A DNA stretch of 43,558 nt from a virus: positions 1 to 43,558 of IMG/VR virus record IMGVR_UViG_3300002461_000156; one strand, 5' to 3'. Positions 30,263 to 38,485 of this stretch are shown piece after piece (positions within the stretch are counted from its first letter, which is position 1; every line of letters starts with the position of its first letter). The position numbers and the translations under genes are program-made. The notes beneath the pieces were generated by a model that had not been told where the DNA came from, did not search any database, and saw only the letters and a program-made list of their open reading frames with translations.

Positions 30263-30910
30263 ATGCAAAAATTTATTTGGGGCTTGCTGTTCGCGGTAGC
30301 GCTCGGCGCGGGCGCCACGATCGCGCAGCAGACGTCGCCGGCCGCTGTGAACGGCGGCATCTACAATTCGACACCGCCGACGCTTTCGAATTTGCAGCGC
30401 GGGGTGTTTCAACTCGACGTAAATGGAAATCTGAAAACGACGTCTTCGGGCGGCACGCTGCCGACTGGCGCTTCGACGGCGGCGAACCAGACGACGCAGA
30501 TTACCGCGGCCAACACCACGAACACGAATTTGGGGGCGCCGGCAGATGCGGCGTGCTCGACCGACAACGGCACCTGTTCGCAGACCGCGCTGCTGAAGCG
30601 TATCGCGCAGAACCTCACGACGCTGACGCAGCAGACGACGGCGTTCCTGTTCGCGAATATCACGACGGCGACCACGACCACGGTGAAGTCCGGCGCAGGC
30701 ATTTTGCACTGCGCCACGGTGAACTCGCTCGGTACGATCGCGTCGACCACGGAAATCTACGACAACACTGCGGGCACCGGCACACTGATCGGCGTAATCG
30801 ACACGCTCACGCAGTCGGGCACGTTCTGCTTCGACGTTGCGTTTGCAACCGGGCTCACGCTGGTAACGACGGGCACGGTCGCGCCGAACGTCACGGTAAG
30901 CTACCGATAA
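30263..30910 (+). CDS. Thr/Asn/Gly-rich structural-module protein with a Sec-like signal peptide, 215 aa.
   Basis: The N-terminus is MQKFIWGLLFAVALGAGATIA/QQ. AGGGGAAG lies upstream of the ATG. Confidence 0.65.
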   Translation: MQKFIWGLLFAVALGAGATIAQQTSPAAVNGGIYNSTPPTLSNLQRGVFQLDVNGNLKTTSSGGTLPTGASTAANQTTQITAANTTNTNLGAPADAACSTDNGTCSQTALLKRIAQNLTTLTQQTTAFLFANITTATTTTVKSGAGILHCATVNSLGTIASTTEIYDNTAGTGTLIGVIDTLTQSGTFCFDVAFATGLTLVTTGTVAPNVTVSYR

Positions 30911-31038
30911 TGCGCTGGGCGCTTCTGGCTGCGGCATTGGTTGTTGCGGGGTACGCGGTACAGCGCGCGATCGCGCCGCGCGAGATCGGGCCTAACTACG
31001 ATTTTCTGAGCGGCGGCGGGGGCAAAGGGAGAGACTGA
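30910..31038 (+). CDS. 42-aa single-TM protein (MRWALLAAALVVAGYAVQRA...).
   Basis: It is below the track cutoff as a separate ORF. It is coupled on both sides (TAATG at 30908-12 and TGATG at 31036-40). Confidence 0.45.
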   Translation: MRWALLAAALVVAGYAVQRAIAPREIGPNYDFLSGGGGKGRD

Positions 31039-32699
31039 TGCGTTGGCTTCGGGGGCTACTTTTCTTAATCGCCGCAGCGCTTCCCGCGCAGGCGCAGAAC
31101 ACACTGCCGTCCGCGAACTGGGGCGACATGATTTACCGCGGTCCGGCGGTGTGGACGCAACTTGCGCCCGGCGTGACCTTCGGTCCGTACTGGTATCTGC
31201 GCACGAACGGTCCGAACCAGGCACCGTCATGGGAGCAGTGGACCTATCCGGCGCAGGCGACCAACACGATCCTCGGCAACGTCAGCGGCGTGAACGCGGC
31301 GCCGATCCCGATTTTGCCCACGCAATTTCTCGACGTCGTGGCGTATGACGTGCTCAAGCCGCAGGCCGATCCCGGCACCATCCTCTATCGGGGCATCGGC
31401 TCGCTCGGATGGCAGAAGTTGCCCCCCGGCACGGCCGGGCAAGTGCTCAATACCGGCGGCCTGACGACGCCGCCATTCTGGTCGAACGTAGCCGGGTCTG
31501 ACCTCAATGCGATCTGCACAACGCAAGGTGCGGTTCTTTACCGCAACGCATCATCGTGGGTGTGCCTTACGCCGGGAACGAACGGTCAGTTTCTGACGAC
31601 CGCGGGCGCAGCAGCGAACCCCGCATGGACGACCGGCGGCACGGTGTTCAGCGTCGGCCTTTCGATGCCGGCGCAGTTTTCGGTGGCGGGAAGCCCCGTT
31701 ACCGGCACTGGCACGTTCGCCGTCACGCTTGCAAACCAGACCGCGAATACGATTTGGGCTGGCCCTGCGACCGGCGCCGCTGCTGCGCCTGCATTCCGCG
31801 CGCTGGTGAACGCCGATATTCCGGTGCCCACATTGTCCGCGCTCGGCGGCGTGCAGGCGGTTAGTCCGGTTGCGAACCAGTGGATCAACTCGATCAACAC
31901 CAGCGGCGTGCCGCAGCTTTCGCAGCCTTCGTTCGCGGACCTGACGGGCACAATCACGGTTGCGCAGGGCGGCACGGCGATCACGTCTTACGCGGTGGGC
32001 GATCTTATCCAGGCGACCGGTGCGACAACGCTTTCGCCGCTCGCGGCGGTCGCGACGGGCAACGCGCTGATTTCCGGCGGCGTCACTACCGCGTCTTCGT
32101 GGGGCAAGATCGGCCTGACTACGCATATCAGCGGCATCCTTCCACTTGCGAACGGCGGCACAGGTGTTGCGCTCACCGACCCGAACGCCGACCGCATCAT
32201 GTTTTGGGACGACAGCGCGGGTGCCGTCGAGTGGCTGACGGTTTCTACCGGGCTCGACATTACGAACACCACGCTGACGGCGGTGCAGGCGAGCACGTCG
32301 GTTGCGGGCATCGGGCAATGGGCGTCGACCGCAGACTATCGCGCGAACACTGCGTCCCGCGTGCTTACGACCGATCAGGTCTGGGCATCGGCCGATTATG
32401 TTTCGCTTACGAGTGCCACGAACATCACGATCGACTTTTCGGCCGGTTTCAATTTCACGGTTTCGCTCGCACACAACGCGACCCTCGGGGCACCTTCGAA
32501 CACGAAGAACGGACAGACCGGCGTAATTTATGTGGTGCAGACCGCGGGTTCGAACACGATGGCGTACAACGCCGTTTATAAATGGGCTGGCGGTACAGCC
32601 TGCACGCTTTCCACTGCGGCAGCAGCGGTAGACCGGCTCACGTATATCGTGCGATCTTCGACCTTCATCGACATTTCCTGCGTGAAGGACATTAAATGA
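31038..32699 (+). CDS. Tail-fibre-like protein with a signal-peptide-like N-terminus, 553 aa.
   Basis: The N-terminus is MRWLRGLLFLIAAALPAQA/QN. It has fibre-type motifs (ISGILPLANGGTG, VAQGGTA) and Thr/Gly/Ala-rich repeats. Confidence 0.65.
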   Translation: MRWLRGLLFLIAAALPAQAQNTLPSANWGDMIYRGPAVWTQLAPGVTFGPYWYLRTNGPNQAPSWEQWTYPAQATNTILGNVSGVNAAPIPILPTQFLDVVAYDVLKPQADPGTILYRGIGSLGWQKLPPGTAGQVLNTGGLTTPPFWSNVAGSDLNAICTTQGAVLYRNASSWVCLTPGTNGQFLTTAGAAANPAWTTGGTVFSVGLSMPAQFSVAGSPVTGTGTFAVTLANQTANTIWAGPATGAAAAPAFRALVNADIPVPTLSALGGVQAVSPVANQWINSINTSGVPQLSQPSFADLTGTITVAQGGTAITSYAVGDLIQATGATTLSPLAAVATGNALISGGVTTASSWGKIGLTTHISGILPLANGGTGVALTDPNADRIMFWDDSAGAVEWLTVSTGLDITNTTLTAVQASTSVAGIGQWASTADYRANTASRVLTTDQVWASADYVSLTSATNITIDFSAGFNFTVSLAHNATLGAPSNTKNGQTGVIYVVQTAGSNTMAYNAVYKWAGGTACTLSTAAAAVDRLTYIVRSSTFIDISCVKDIK

Positions 32700-33559
32700 T
32701 CCGGAAGATGATCCGCGCGCTACTTTGCGCGCTTCTCATTTTCGGAACGGCGCCGAGTGCGCCGACGTCGGCGCAGTTTAAGACTGCGCAGCTTCCCGGT
32801 CTGAGCAACCCGCTGCTGAATTACCAGTCCGGCTGCACGATCATGACGCAGACGTTCACGTCAAACGGGACGTGGACGTGGCCGGGAGCAACAGTCGCGA
32901 CGGTCGAAGTGCTGGTCGTCGCGGGCGGCGGTGGCGGGTCCGAGTACGGCGGGGGCGGCGCAGGCGGCGTCCGCTATGACGCTGCATTCGCGGTTTCCGG
33001 AAACGTATCGGTGACGATCGGCGGGGGCGGTGCGGGCGGTTCGACCGGCAGCAACGGCAGCAATAGTTCATTCGGTGCACTTACGGCGACAGGCGGCGGC
33101 GCAGGCGGCACAGGCACAGGCAACGGTGCGGCCGGCGGGTCCGGCGGCGGGTCCGGCTATACCGGCACGGGTGGCGCAGGCACGGGCGGGCAGGGCAATA
33201 ACGGCGGCACGGGCGTAGGCGGTTCGCCGTTCTCCGCAGGTGGCGGCGGGGGAGCGGGGGCGGTCGGGGGCACGGGCACGTCCGTTACGGGTGGTGTTGG
33301 CGGCGTCGGCGTTCAGTATTCGATTTCCGGATCTTCCGTTTACTACGGGGGCGGTGGCGGCGGGGGCACATTCTCGGGCAGCGGCTCACCGGGCGGCGCT
33401 GGCGGCTTGGGGGGCGGCGGCGCGGGCGGCAAAGCAGCGAGCCCGGCGGCGGTCGCGGGCACGGCAAACACAGGTGGCGGCGGTGGCGGCGCGGGTAACT
33501 CAGGTTCATCCGGCGCGGCCGGAGGCTCAGGGGTCGTCATCGTGCGCTGGTGCCAATAG
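32696..33559 (+). CDS. Glycine-rich-domain protein with a signal-peptide-like N-terminus, 287 aa.
   Basis: The N-terminus is MIRKMIRALLCALLIFGTAPSAPTSA/QF. It follows the pattern GTWTWPGATVATVEVLVVAGGGGG ... NTGGGGGGAG ... GGSGVVIVRW, which is characteristic of the glycine-rich beta-helix-like domain seen next to phage fibre genes. Confidence 0.7.
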   Translation: MIRKMIRALLCALLIFGTAPSAPTSAQFKTAQLPGLSNPLLNYQSGCTIMTQTFTSNGTWTWPGATVATVEVLVVAGGGGGSEYGGGGAGGVRYDAAFAVSGNVSVTIGGGGAGGSTGSNGSNSSFGALTATGGGAGGTGTGNGAAGGSGGGSGYTGTGGAGTGGQGNNGGTGVGGSPFSAGGGGGAGAVGGTGTSVTGGVGGVGVQYSISGSSVYYGGGGGGGTFSGSGSPGGAGGLGGGGAGGKAASPAAVAGTANTGGGGGGAGNSGSSGAAGGSGVVIVRWCQ

Positions 33560-33567
33560 GAGTAAAC

Positions 33568-34380
33568 ATGGACGCAAAGCAGCTTCAGCAGGCGTTGAAA
33601 GAGCGCGGGCTTTACAAGGACTTCATCGACGGCGATCTCGGCCCGAACAGCCAGCTTGCGATGCAGCAACTGCTCGACAAGCACGGTGTCGCGTGGCTCG
33701 GCTGGCCCTCGTCGCGCATTGCGCAGGCGTCGAAGCAGATCATTTATCTTGAGGCGGGCTTCAGCCCCGGCCTGATCGACGGCTTCAACGGCCCGATGAC
33801 GATGAAGGCCGAAGCGCAGTATGCGGTCCGCAGTAAGCCCGCAGAAGTCGCGGCGCTTGAAGGGCAAAAGCCGGTATCGAACGTGGTGCTCACGCCTGCG
33901 CAGGCTCGCGCGAAGTGGCCGCGGCAACGCGATGCAGCAGCGTTCTTCGGTGCAGTCGGCACGAACCACAAGCGGCTCGATATGCCGTTCCCGATGCGCT
34001 ATGGCGAGCCGCCGAACCAGATCATCCCGTATACTTTCGTGAACGCAAAAATTCACGACGCGATGCTGCGCATCTGGAACAAGACGAAAGAGCACTACGG
34101 CTATGAGAAGCTGAAGGAAATCCGGCTCGACGTGTTCAGCGGCTGCTACAACCCGCGCTCGATGTTGGGCAGCAACCGCCCGTCGATGCACGGATATGCC
34201 TGCGCGTGGGACGTGGATGCGGTCAACAACCAGCTTTACTGGGGGCGCAATCTCGCCTGGCTCGCAAAGCCGGTGTACGAACCGTTCTGGGGTTTTGTCG
34301 AAGGTGAAGGCGCGATCTCGCTCGGCCGACACGCGAACTACGATTACATGCACTTCCAGTTTACGTCTGACTTTTCGTAG
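33568..34380 (+). CDS. Endolysin with an N-terminal peptidoglycan-binding repeat and a C-terminal M15-type zinc peptidase, 270 aa.
   Basis: AGGAG lies upstream of ATG 33568. LQQALKERGLYKDFIDGDLGPNSQLAMQQL is PG_binding-like. SMHGYACAWD (H-x6-D) and DYMHFQ give the M15 Zn ligands. Confidence 0.8.
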   Translation: MDAKQLQQALKERGLYKDFIDGDLGPNSQLAMQQLLDKHGVAWLGWPSSRIAQASKQIIYLEAGFSPGLIDGFNGPMTMKAEAQYAVRSKPAEVAALEGQKPVSNVVLTPAQARAKWPRQRDAAAFFGAVGTNHKRLDMPFPMRYGEPPNQIIPYTFVNAKIHDAMLRIWNKTKEHYGYEKLKEIRLDVFSGCYNPRSMLGSNRPSMHGYACAWDVDAVNNQLYWGRNLAWLAKPVYEPFWGFVEGEGAISLGRHANYDYMHFQFTSDFS

Positions 34381-34427
34381 GCTATCAACGACGTTAAGAT
34401 TATCATTCCAGAAAACGGGGGAAGCCT

Positions 34428-34727
34428 ATGAACCAGATGCAGATTACGAACATCTTGACCTCGGTGGCGGGCGTTCTCGTCGGTCTCGCCGTCGGCAAGG
34501 GCTGGATTACGCAGGCCGTAGGCATGGAACTGGCAACCACGATCATCGCGATCCTCGCGCCGATCGTGTTTGGCATCCTCCCCGCATGGCTGACTTCGAA
34601 CAGCGCGGTTGTCTCGCAGGCCGCAGCACTTCCGGAAGTCAAAGGCGTCGTCATGACCACGAACGCAGATGCGCAGGCGCAGCCGGCGCCGAACGTCGTT
34701 GCGCCGGGAGAAGGCAAAACACTGTAA
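34428..34727 (+). CDS. Holin candidate with two TM segments, 99 aa.
   Basis: The TM segments are ITNILTSVAGVLVGLAVG and LATTIIAILAPIVFGILPAWL. It lies between the endolysin and spanin genes. Confidence 0.6.
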   Translation: MNQMQITNILTSVAGVLVGLAVGKGWITQAVGMELATTIIAILAPIVFGILPAWLTSNSAVVSQAAALPEVKGVVMTTNADAQAQPAPNVVAPGEGKTL

Positions 34728-34976
34728 ATGCTCACTTGGTTTTTGCTCGGTGGCGGGGGTGTCTTAGCAGTTAGCGCAGGTTTTCTGCTGTGGCGCCTTG
34801 TCTACCGGGCGAAAGCCCAAGGAAGTGCGGAACAGGCTGTCGAAACCCAGAAATACAAGGATGCGTCGGAAATCCATGTGGACGCGGCAAAAAGAGCGGA
34901 CGCGATCGGTGAAGCGGCGGCTCAGCATCCTACTTCTGATGACGTGTCTCGCCGCTTGCGCGACGGATCCTTTTGA
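34728..34976 (+). CDS. i-spanin candidate (N-terminal TM anchor plus a charged periplasmic domain), 82 aa.
   Basis: The N-terminus is MLTWFLLGGGGVLAVSAGFLLWRL. Its 3' end overlaps the lipoprotein ORF in another frame, the overlapped spanin architecture. Confidence 0.5.
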   Translation: MLTWFLLGGGGVLAVSAGFLLWRLVYRAKAQGSAEQAVETQKYKDASEIHVDAAKRADAIGEAAAQHPTSDDVSRRLRDGSF

Positions 34977-35145
34977 GATCGGCAAGCCGGGCATCTGCCC
35001 GCACAACCGAAACTACACCAACACGCAACTAGACCAACTGGATCGGGAACTGACCGCGCTCCCGGCCGGTTCTATGCTGCGGGTGGCGATAGCCGATTAC
35101 CTCAACCTCCGCGATCAGGTGCGCGCATGTCGAGGAAACAAATGA
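34861..35145 (+). CDS. o-spanin (outer-membrane lipoprotein) candidate. The start is uncertain (ATG 34861, ATG 34876 or GTG 34909).
   Basis: The lipobox is LSILLLMTCLAA-C followed by ATDP. The mature part is about 70 aa with further Cys residues. It overlaps the i-spanin candidate. Confidence 0.65.
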   Translation: MRRKSMWTRQKERTRSVKRRLSILLLMTCLAACATDPFEIGKPGICPHNRNYTNTQLDQLDRELTALPAGSMLRVAIADYLNLRDQVRACRGNK

Positions 35146-35378
35146 TGCGGCTGATCCCGCTACCGTGGGCAGGCGCCCTGCTTTTGCAGACGGCCGCGCT
35201 CGCGTGGTGGGGCTCGGCGTTGACTTCCCGCGTGGAAGCGGTGGAGACGCGCAACAAAAACCTCGAAAGCGTGGTCGAGCGCATTACCAAGATCGAGACC
35301 CAGAACACGTTTATTCTGGAGGCGGTCAAGGATTTACGCGGTGAAATTAAAGCGCTAGTTGACGCGGCGCGGAAATGA
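35127..35378 (+). CDS. TM-anchored coiled-coil protein, 83 aa. It may be a second i-spanin-like or lysis-accessory protein.
   Basis: The TM segment is LIPLPWAGALLLQTAALAWWG, followed by a heptad-like segment VEAVETRNKNLESVVERITKIETQN. It overlaps the o-spanin 3' end by 19 nt. Confidence 0.55.
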   Translation: MSRKQMMRLIPLPWAGALLLQTAALAWWGSALTSRVEAVETRNKNLESVVERITKIETQNTFILEAVKDLRGEIKALVDAARK

Positions 35379-35491
35379 AGTAGATTTCGCTTGCGCAGAC
35401 TACCCCGCATGGCCCTCGTAAGGGGCTACCACCGACTGATGGCCGTAAGCCCATCCTTCGACCGGTGCCCGTAAGTCACCCAGGAGCGAAT

Positions 35492-36271
35492 ATGCCCCCG
35501 AAAATTCCCGGCGACGACGACCTGAACTTGCCCGAAGAAGACGTGTTGGATCCGAACGATCCGCAGGACGATCTTCCCGAAGATCAGGACGACCCGGCAG
35601 ATGATGCCGGCGACCCGCAGGACGACCCGGCAGATGATGCCGGCGACCCGCAGGACGACGATCAACCGGACGGCCAACGCCGTTCGCAAGCTGCCGGCGG
35701 GAAAGGGCGTGAGAACGAAACGATCCGGCGCCTGCGTCGTGAGAAACAGGCAGCGGAGCGTGAGCGGGACGAACTTCGGCGTCAGGGACAGCAGCTTCAA
35801 CAGCAGCGCCAGGCTCCGCAGGGCGAAACCGCTCAGGAACGTGCCGAACGTCGGGCGCTTATGTCGCCCGAAGAACGGATGAATGAAGACCGCCTCGCGA
35901 GCGAAAGCCGAGTGGCAGCGCAACTGGCTCACACGCAGTTCGTGACCCAAGACGCCGCTGACCGCATGGAATTCAATTCGAAGCGGACGTCGAGCAAACT
36001 GCATGCTCGCTACGGTGACGAAGTAGAGACGCGCCTTCAGGAACTTCGGGCTCAGAACCAGAATGTTTCCCGTGAAGCACTTCTCAAATTCATCATTGGC
36101 GAGAAGGTTATGCAGAAGGGAAATACCGGTCCGTCCCGCCAGCAGCGGGAAGGCCAGCAGCGGCTCCGGCAGCAACGCGCGCCGGCCGTGAATGGTCGAG
36201 GGGACCAAGTGAATTCGCGGGGTAAGAGCGGCAACACGCCAGCTTCTCGCCTCGCAGACGTGGAAATCTAG
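35492..36271 (+). CDS. Scaffolding protein candidate, 259 aa.
   Basis: AGGAGCGAAT lies upstream of ATG 35492. It has a very acidic N-terminus, then a charged R/E/Q helical region. It lies directly upstream of the major capsid gene. Confidence 0.6.
   Translation: MPPKIPGDDDLNLPEEDVLDPNDPQDDLPEDQDDPADDAGDPQDDPADDAGDPQDDDQPDGQRRSQAAGGKGRENETIRRLRREKQAAERERDELRRQGQQLQQQRQAPQGETAQERAERRALMSPEERMNEDRLASESRVAAQLAHTQFVTQDAADRMEFNSKRTSSKLHARYGDEVETRLQELRAQNQNVSREALLKFIIGEKVMQKGNTGPSRQQREGQQRLRQQRAPAVNGRGDQVNSRGKSGNTPASRLADVEI
35585..35659 (+). repeat. Perfect 33-bp tandem duplication (2 copies plus 9 nt) inside the scaffold gene.
   Basis: The unit caggacgacccggcagatgatgccggcgacccg occupies 35585-35617 and 35618-35650, followed by caggacgac. 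It encodes QDDPADDAGDP twice. Confidence 0.9.
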
Positions 36272-36310
36272 GCAGGGTCCAGTGGCCCTGCCCTTTAGGG
36301 GAGCAGGGCT

Positions 36311-37654
36311 ATGGCCGTTAACCAGTCATCGCAATTTCAGGCTGATATTGAAGCCTTTATTGCCGACGAGACGCTGCCGCTGACGCGGCGCCAGCTTGTC
36401 GCGTACCAGTTCGGCGATCCGCTCGAACTGCCAAAGGGCCGCGGTGTGAACTACACCGCCACCCGCTACAACCGCGTACCGCTTCCCTACGCACCGCTTT
36501 CGGAAGGCGTCCCGCCGATCGGCGAGACCATGACGATCGCGCAGGTGACCGCAACCGCGCAGCAGTGGGGTGACAAAATCACCATCACCGACGTCGCGGA
36601 AATGACGATCAAGCACCCGCTGTTCAAAAAGGCGATCGAACTGACGGGCTTGCAGGTGGCGGAAACCCTCGAGCGCAACACCTTCAACAACCTCATGGGC
36701 GGCACGCAGGTCAACTACGTGAACTCCCGCGGCGCACGCGCGAGCCTTGTGGCTGGCGACGTGCTCAACCCGCACGAAATCAACCGCGCCACCGGCCAGT
36801 TGACCACCATCGGCTCGCCGAAATACATGGGCGACGAACTCACCGATACGAAACTTCAGGCGGACGCGGGCGGCGCGAAAGCGTCGAAAGACCCGCGCAA
36901 GATGCCGCACTACGTCGCGATCATGCACCCGCTCGTCGAGCAGGACATGCGTGAAAATTCGACGGTCGCGACGGCGTGGTCCTACTCGGACATTAACCGC
37001 CTCTACAACTACGAAGTCGGCGAGTGGGGCGGCATCCGGTTTACGTCCTCGAACATGGTTCCGTCGTTCACTGGTGTCGCGCAGATCAACGGCACCATCG
37101 GCACTTCGGGTTCGCTCGCGACTGGCACCTACTACGTGCAGGTGACGGGCTCGGACACCCAGAACCAGTACGAAAGCCGCATCTACCAGGTCTCGACGGC
37201 GAACAGCGTGGTCGGTCCGAACGGCTCGATCTCGGTGGCGCTCCCGAACCTTGCGGGCTTCACCTTCAGCGTCTACATCGGCAGCACGACTTCGCCGACC
37301 AACCTCGGCCTGTCGACTTCCGGGCCGCTGTCAGGCCCGATGCAGGGTCAGGCGACACAGATGACCGGTAACCAGACCGTCATCATCACCGCCACGGGCA
37401 CCGCGCAGACGCCGCCGGCCGCCCCCGCGAACGACCTGACGGTCTACCCGACCTTCGTGTTCGGCCGTGGCTCATATGGGCAGGTGGTCCTCGACAACGT
37501 GAAGTTCACGTACCTCAAGACCGCCGACAAGTCCGACCCGCTCAACCAGCTTCGGATCGTCGGCTGGAAGTGCATGTACGGGACGCTGCTCCAGAACCAG
37601 TCGTTCTTCCTGCGTATCGAGAGCACTTCAGCCTTCAGCCCGACCTTCGGCTAA
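36311..37654 (+). CDS. Major capsid protein, 447 aa.
   Basis: The call rests on position after the scaffold gene, the strong terminator that follows, the size, and the GGGGAG RBS. The fold assignment has not been checked. Confidence 0.7.
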   Translation: MAVNQSSQFQADIEAFIADETLPLTRRQLVAYQFGDPLELPKGRGVNYTATRYNRVPLPYAPLSEGVPPIGETMTIAQVTATAQQWGDKITITDVAEMTIKHPLFKKAIELTGLQVAETLERNTFNNLMGGTQVNYVNSRGARASLVAGDVLNPHEINRATGQLTTIGSPKYMGDELTDTKLQADAGGAKASKDPRKMPHYVAIMHPLVEQDMRENSTVATAWSYSDINRLYNYEVGEWGGIRFTSSNMVPSFTGVAQINGTIGTSGSLATGTYYVQVTGSDTQNQYESRIYQVSTANSVVGPNGSISVALPNLAGFTFSVYIGSTTSPTNLGLSTSGPLSGPMQGQATQMTGNQTVIITATGTAQTPPAAPANDLTVYPTFVFGRGSYGQVVLDNVKFTYLKTADKSDPLNQLRIVGWKCMYGTLLQNQSFFLRIESTSAFSPTFG

Positions 37655-37673
37655 GGCGCGAGCGTTAGAACCC

Positions 37674-37709
37674 GGCGGCACGGTTGAGAAGCCGTGCCGC
37701 CATTTTCAT
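37674..37709 (+). terminator. Rho-independent terminator after the major capsid gene.
   Basis: GGCGGCACGG-ttgagaag-CCGTGCCGCC (10 bp) is followed by ATTTTCAT. Confidence 0.75.
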
Positions 37710-37720
37710 AGGGGGCCGTG

Positions 37721-38008
37721 ATGGCTTTGCAGACTTTCGGTACGGACGCGACCAGCACGCTTTCGGCGCTCGCGTGGAATAAGGCTTCTCCGCAGGTCGA
37801 CATTGCGGAAATCGCGAAAAACATCAAAGACGACCTGAACCCGGCACACCCGATCTGGCCCGGCGCCTTTTCGAACACGGGCTACCTTTTCGTCCCGAAC
37901 CGTGGCATCTTGCGGTGTATGCCGGGCGACGTGATCGCTTACGGTGCGACCGGCTGGCCCATCCTGGTGTCGGCCGCGGAAGTCGCGTCCGATTGGACGC
38001 TAACCTAA
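37721..38008 (+). CDS. Hypothetical structural-module protein, 95 aa.
   Basis: AGGGGG lies 6 nt upstream of ATG 37721. Confidence 0.6.
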   Translation: MALQTFGTDATSTLSALAWNKASPQVDIAEIAKNIKDDLNPAHPIWPGAFSNTGYLFVPNRGILRCMPGDVIAYGATGWPILVSAAEVASDWTLT

Positions 38009-38020
38009 GCAGGGGTTTCC

Positions 38021-38485
38021 ATGACCAAAAAGACTGTGATCGAGCCGGACGACGGCTTGAAGATCGACAAAACGCTTGTCACTCCGGAACGCCTTGAAGT
38101 TCTGAAGAAGCAGGCGGTCGATGAAGTTCAGGCCGAAGCCGTCAAGAAAGCCGAAGCCACCGCGCTCGCATCGCTGAAGATGCAGGAGCAGCAGCGGCGC
38201 AATATGACGCCGAAGCAGAAGAAGGATCTCGTCACCTTCACGCTCGATCTGGCCGAACATTCGGACCGCATCGTGCTCGACGGCGTGATCTATTTCCACG
38301 GCCAGACTTATACGCGCCCGCGTATCGTGTTCGACACGGTTCGCGAAATTCAGGCGAAGGGCTGGCGCCACCAGTTCGAGATCGACGGCAAGCTGAATGC
38401 GAACGCTGGCCGCCGTCCGAAGAACATTGGCCTCGCTGAAGTCGGCGGGAACATCGTCACGACGCACAGCTTGGCTGCCGCCTAA
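38021..38485 (+). CDS. Hypothetical structural-module protein, 154 aa.
   Basis: The ORF track gives the frame. An RBS-like GCAGGGG lies upstream. Confidence 0.6.
   Translation: MTKKTVIEPDDGLKIDKTLVTPERLEVLKKQAVDEVQAEAVKKAEATALASLKMQEQQRRNMTPKQKKDLVTFTLDLAEHSDRIVLDGVIYFHGQTYTRPRIVFDTVREIQAKGWRHQFEIDGKLNANAGRRPKNIGLAEVGGNIVTTHSLAAA

Noticed and set aside
36271-36292. The hairpin GGCAGGG-N8-CCCTGCC between the scaffold and capsid genes, considered as a terminator.
   Set aside because: It is followed only by CTTTAGG, with no real U-tract, and it overlaps the capsid RBS region. It is too weak to call.
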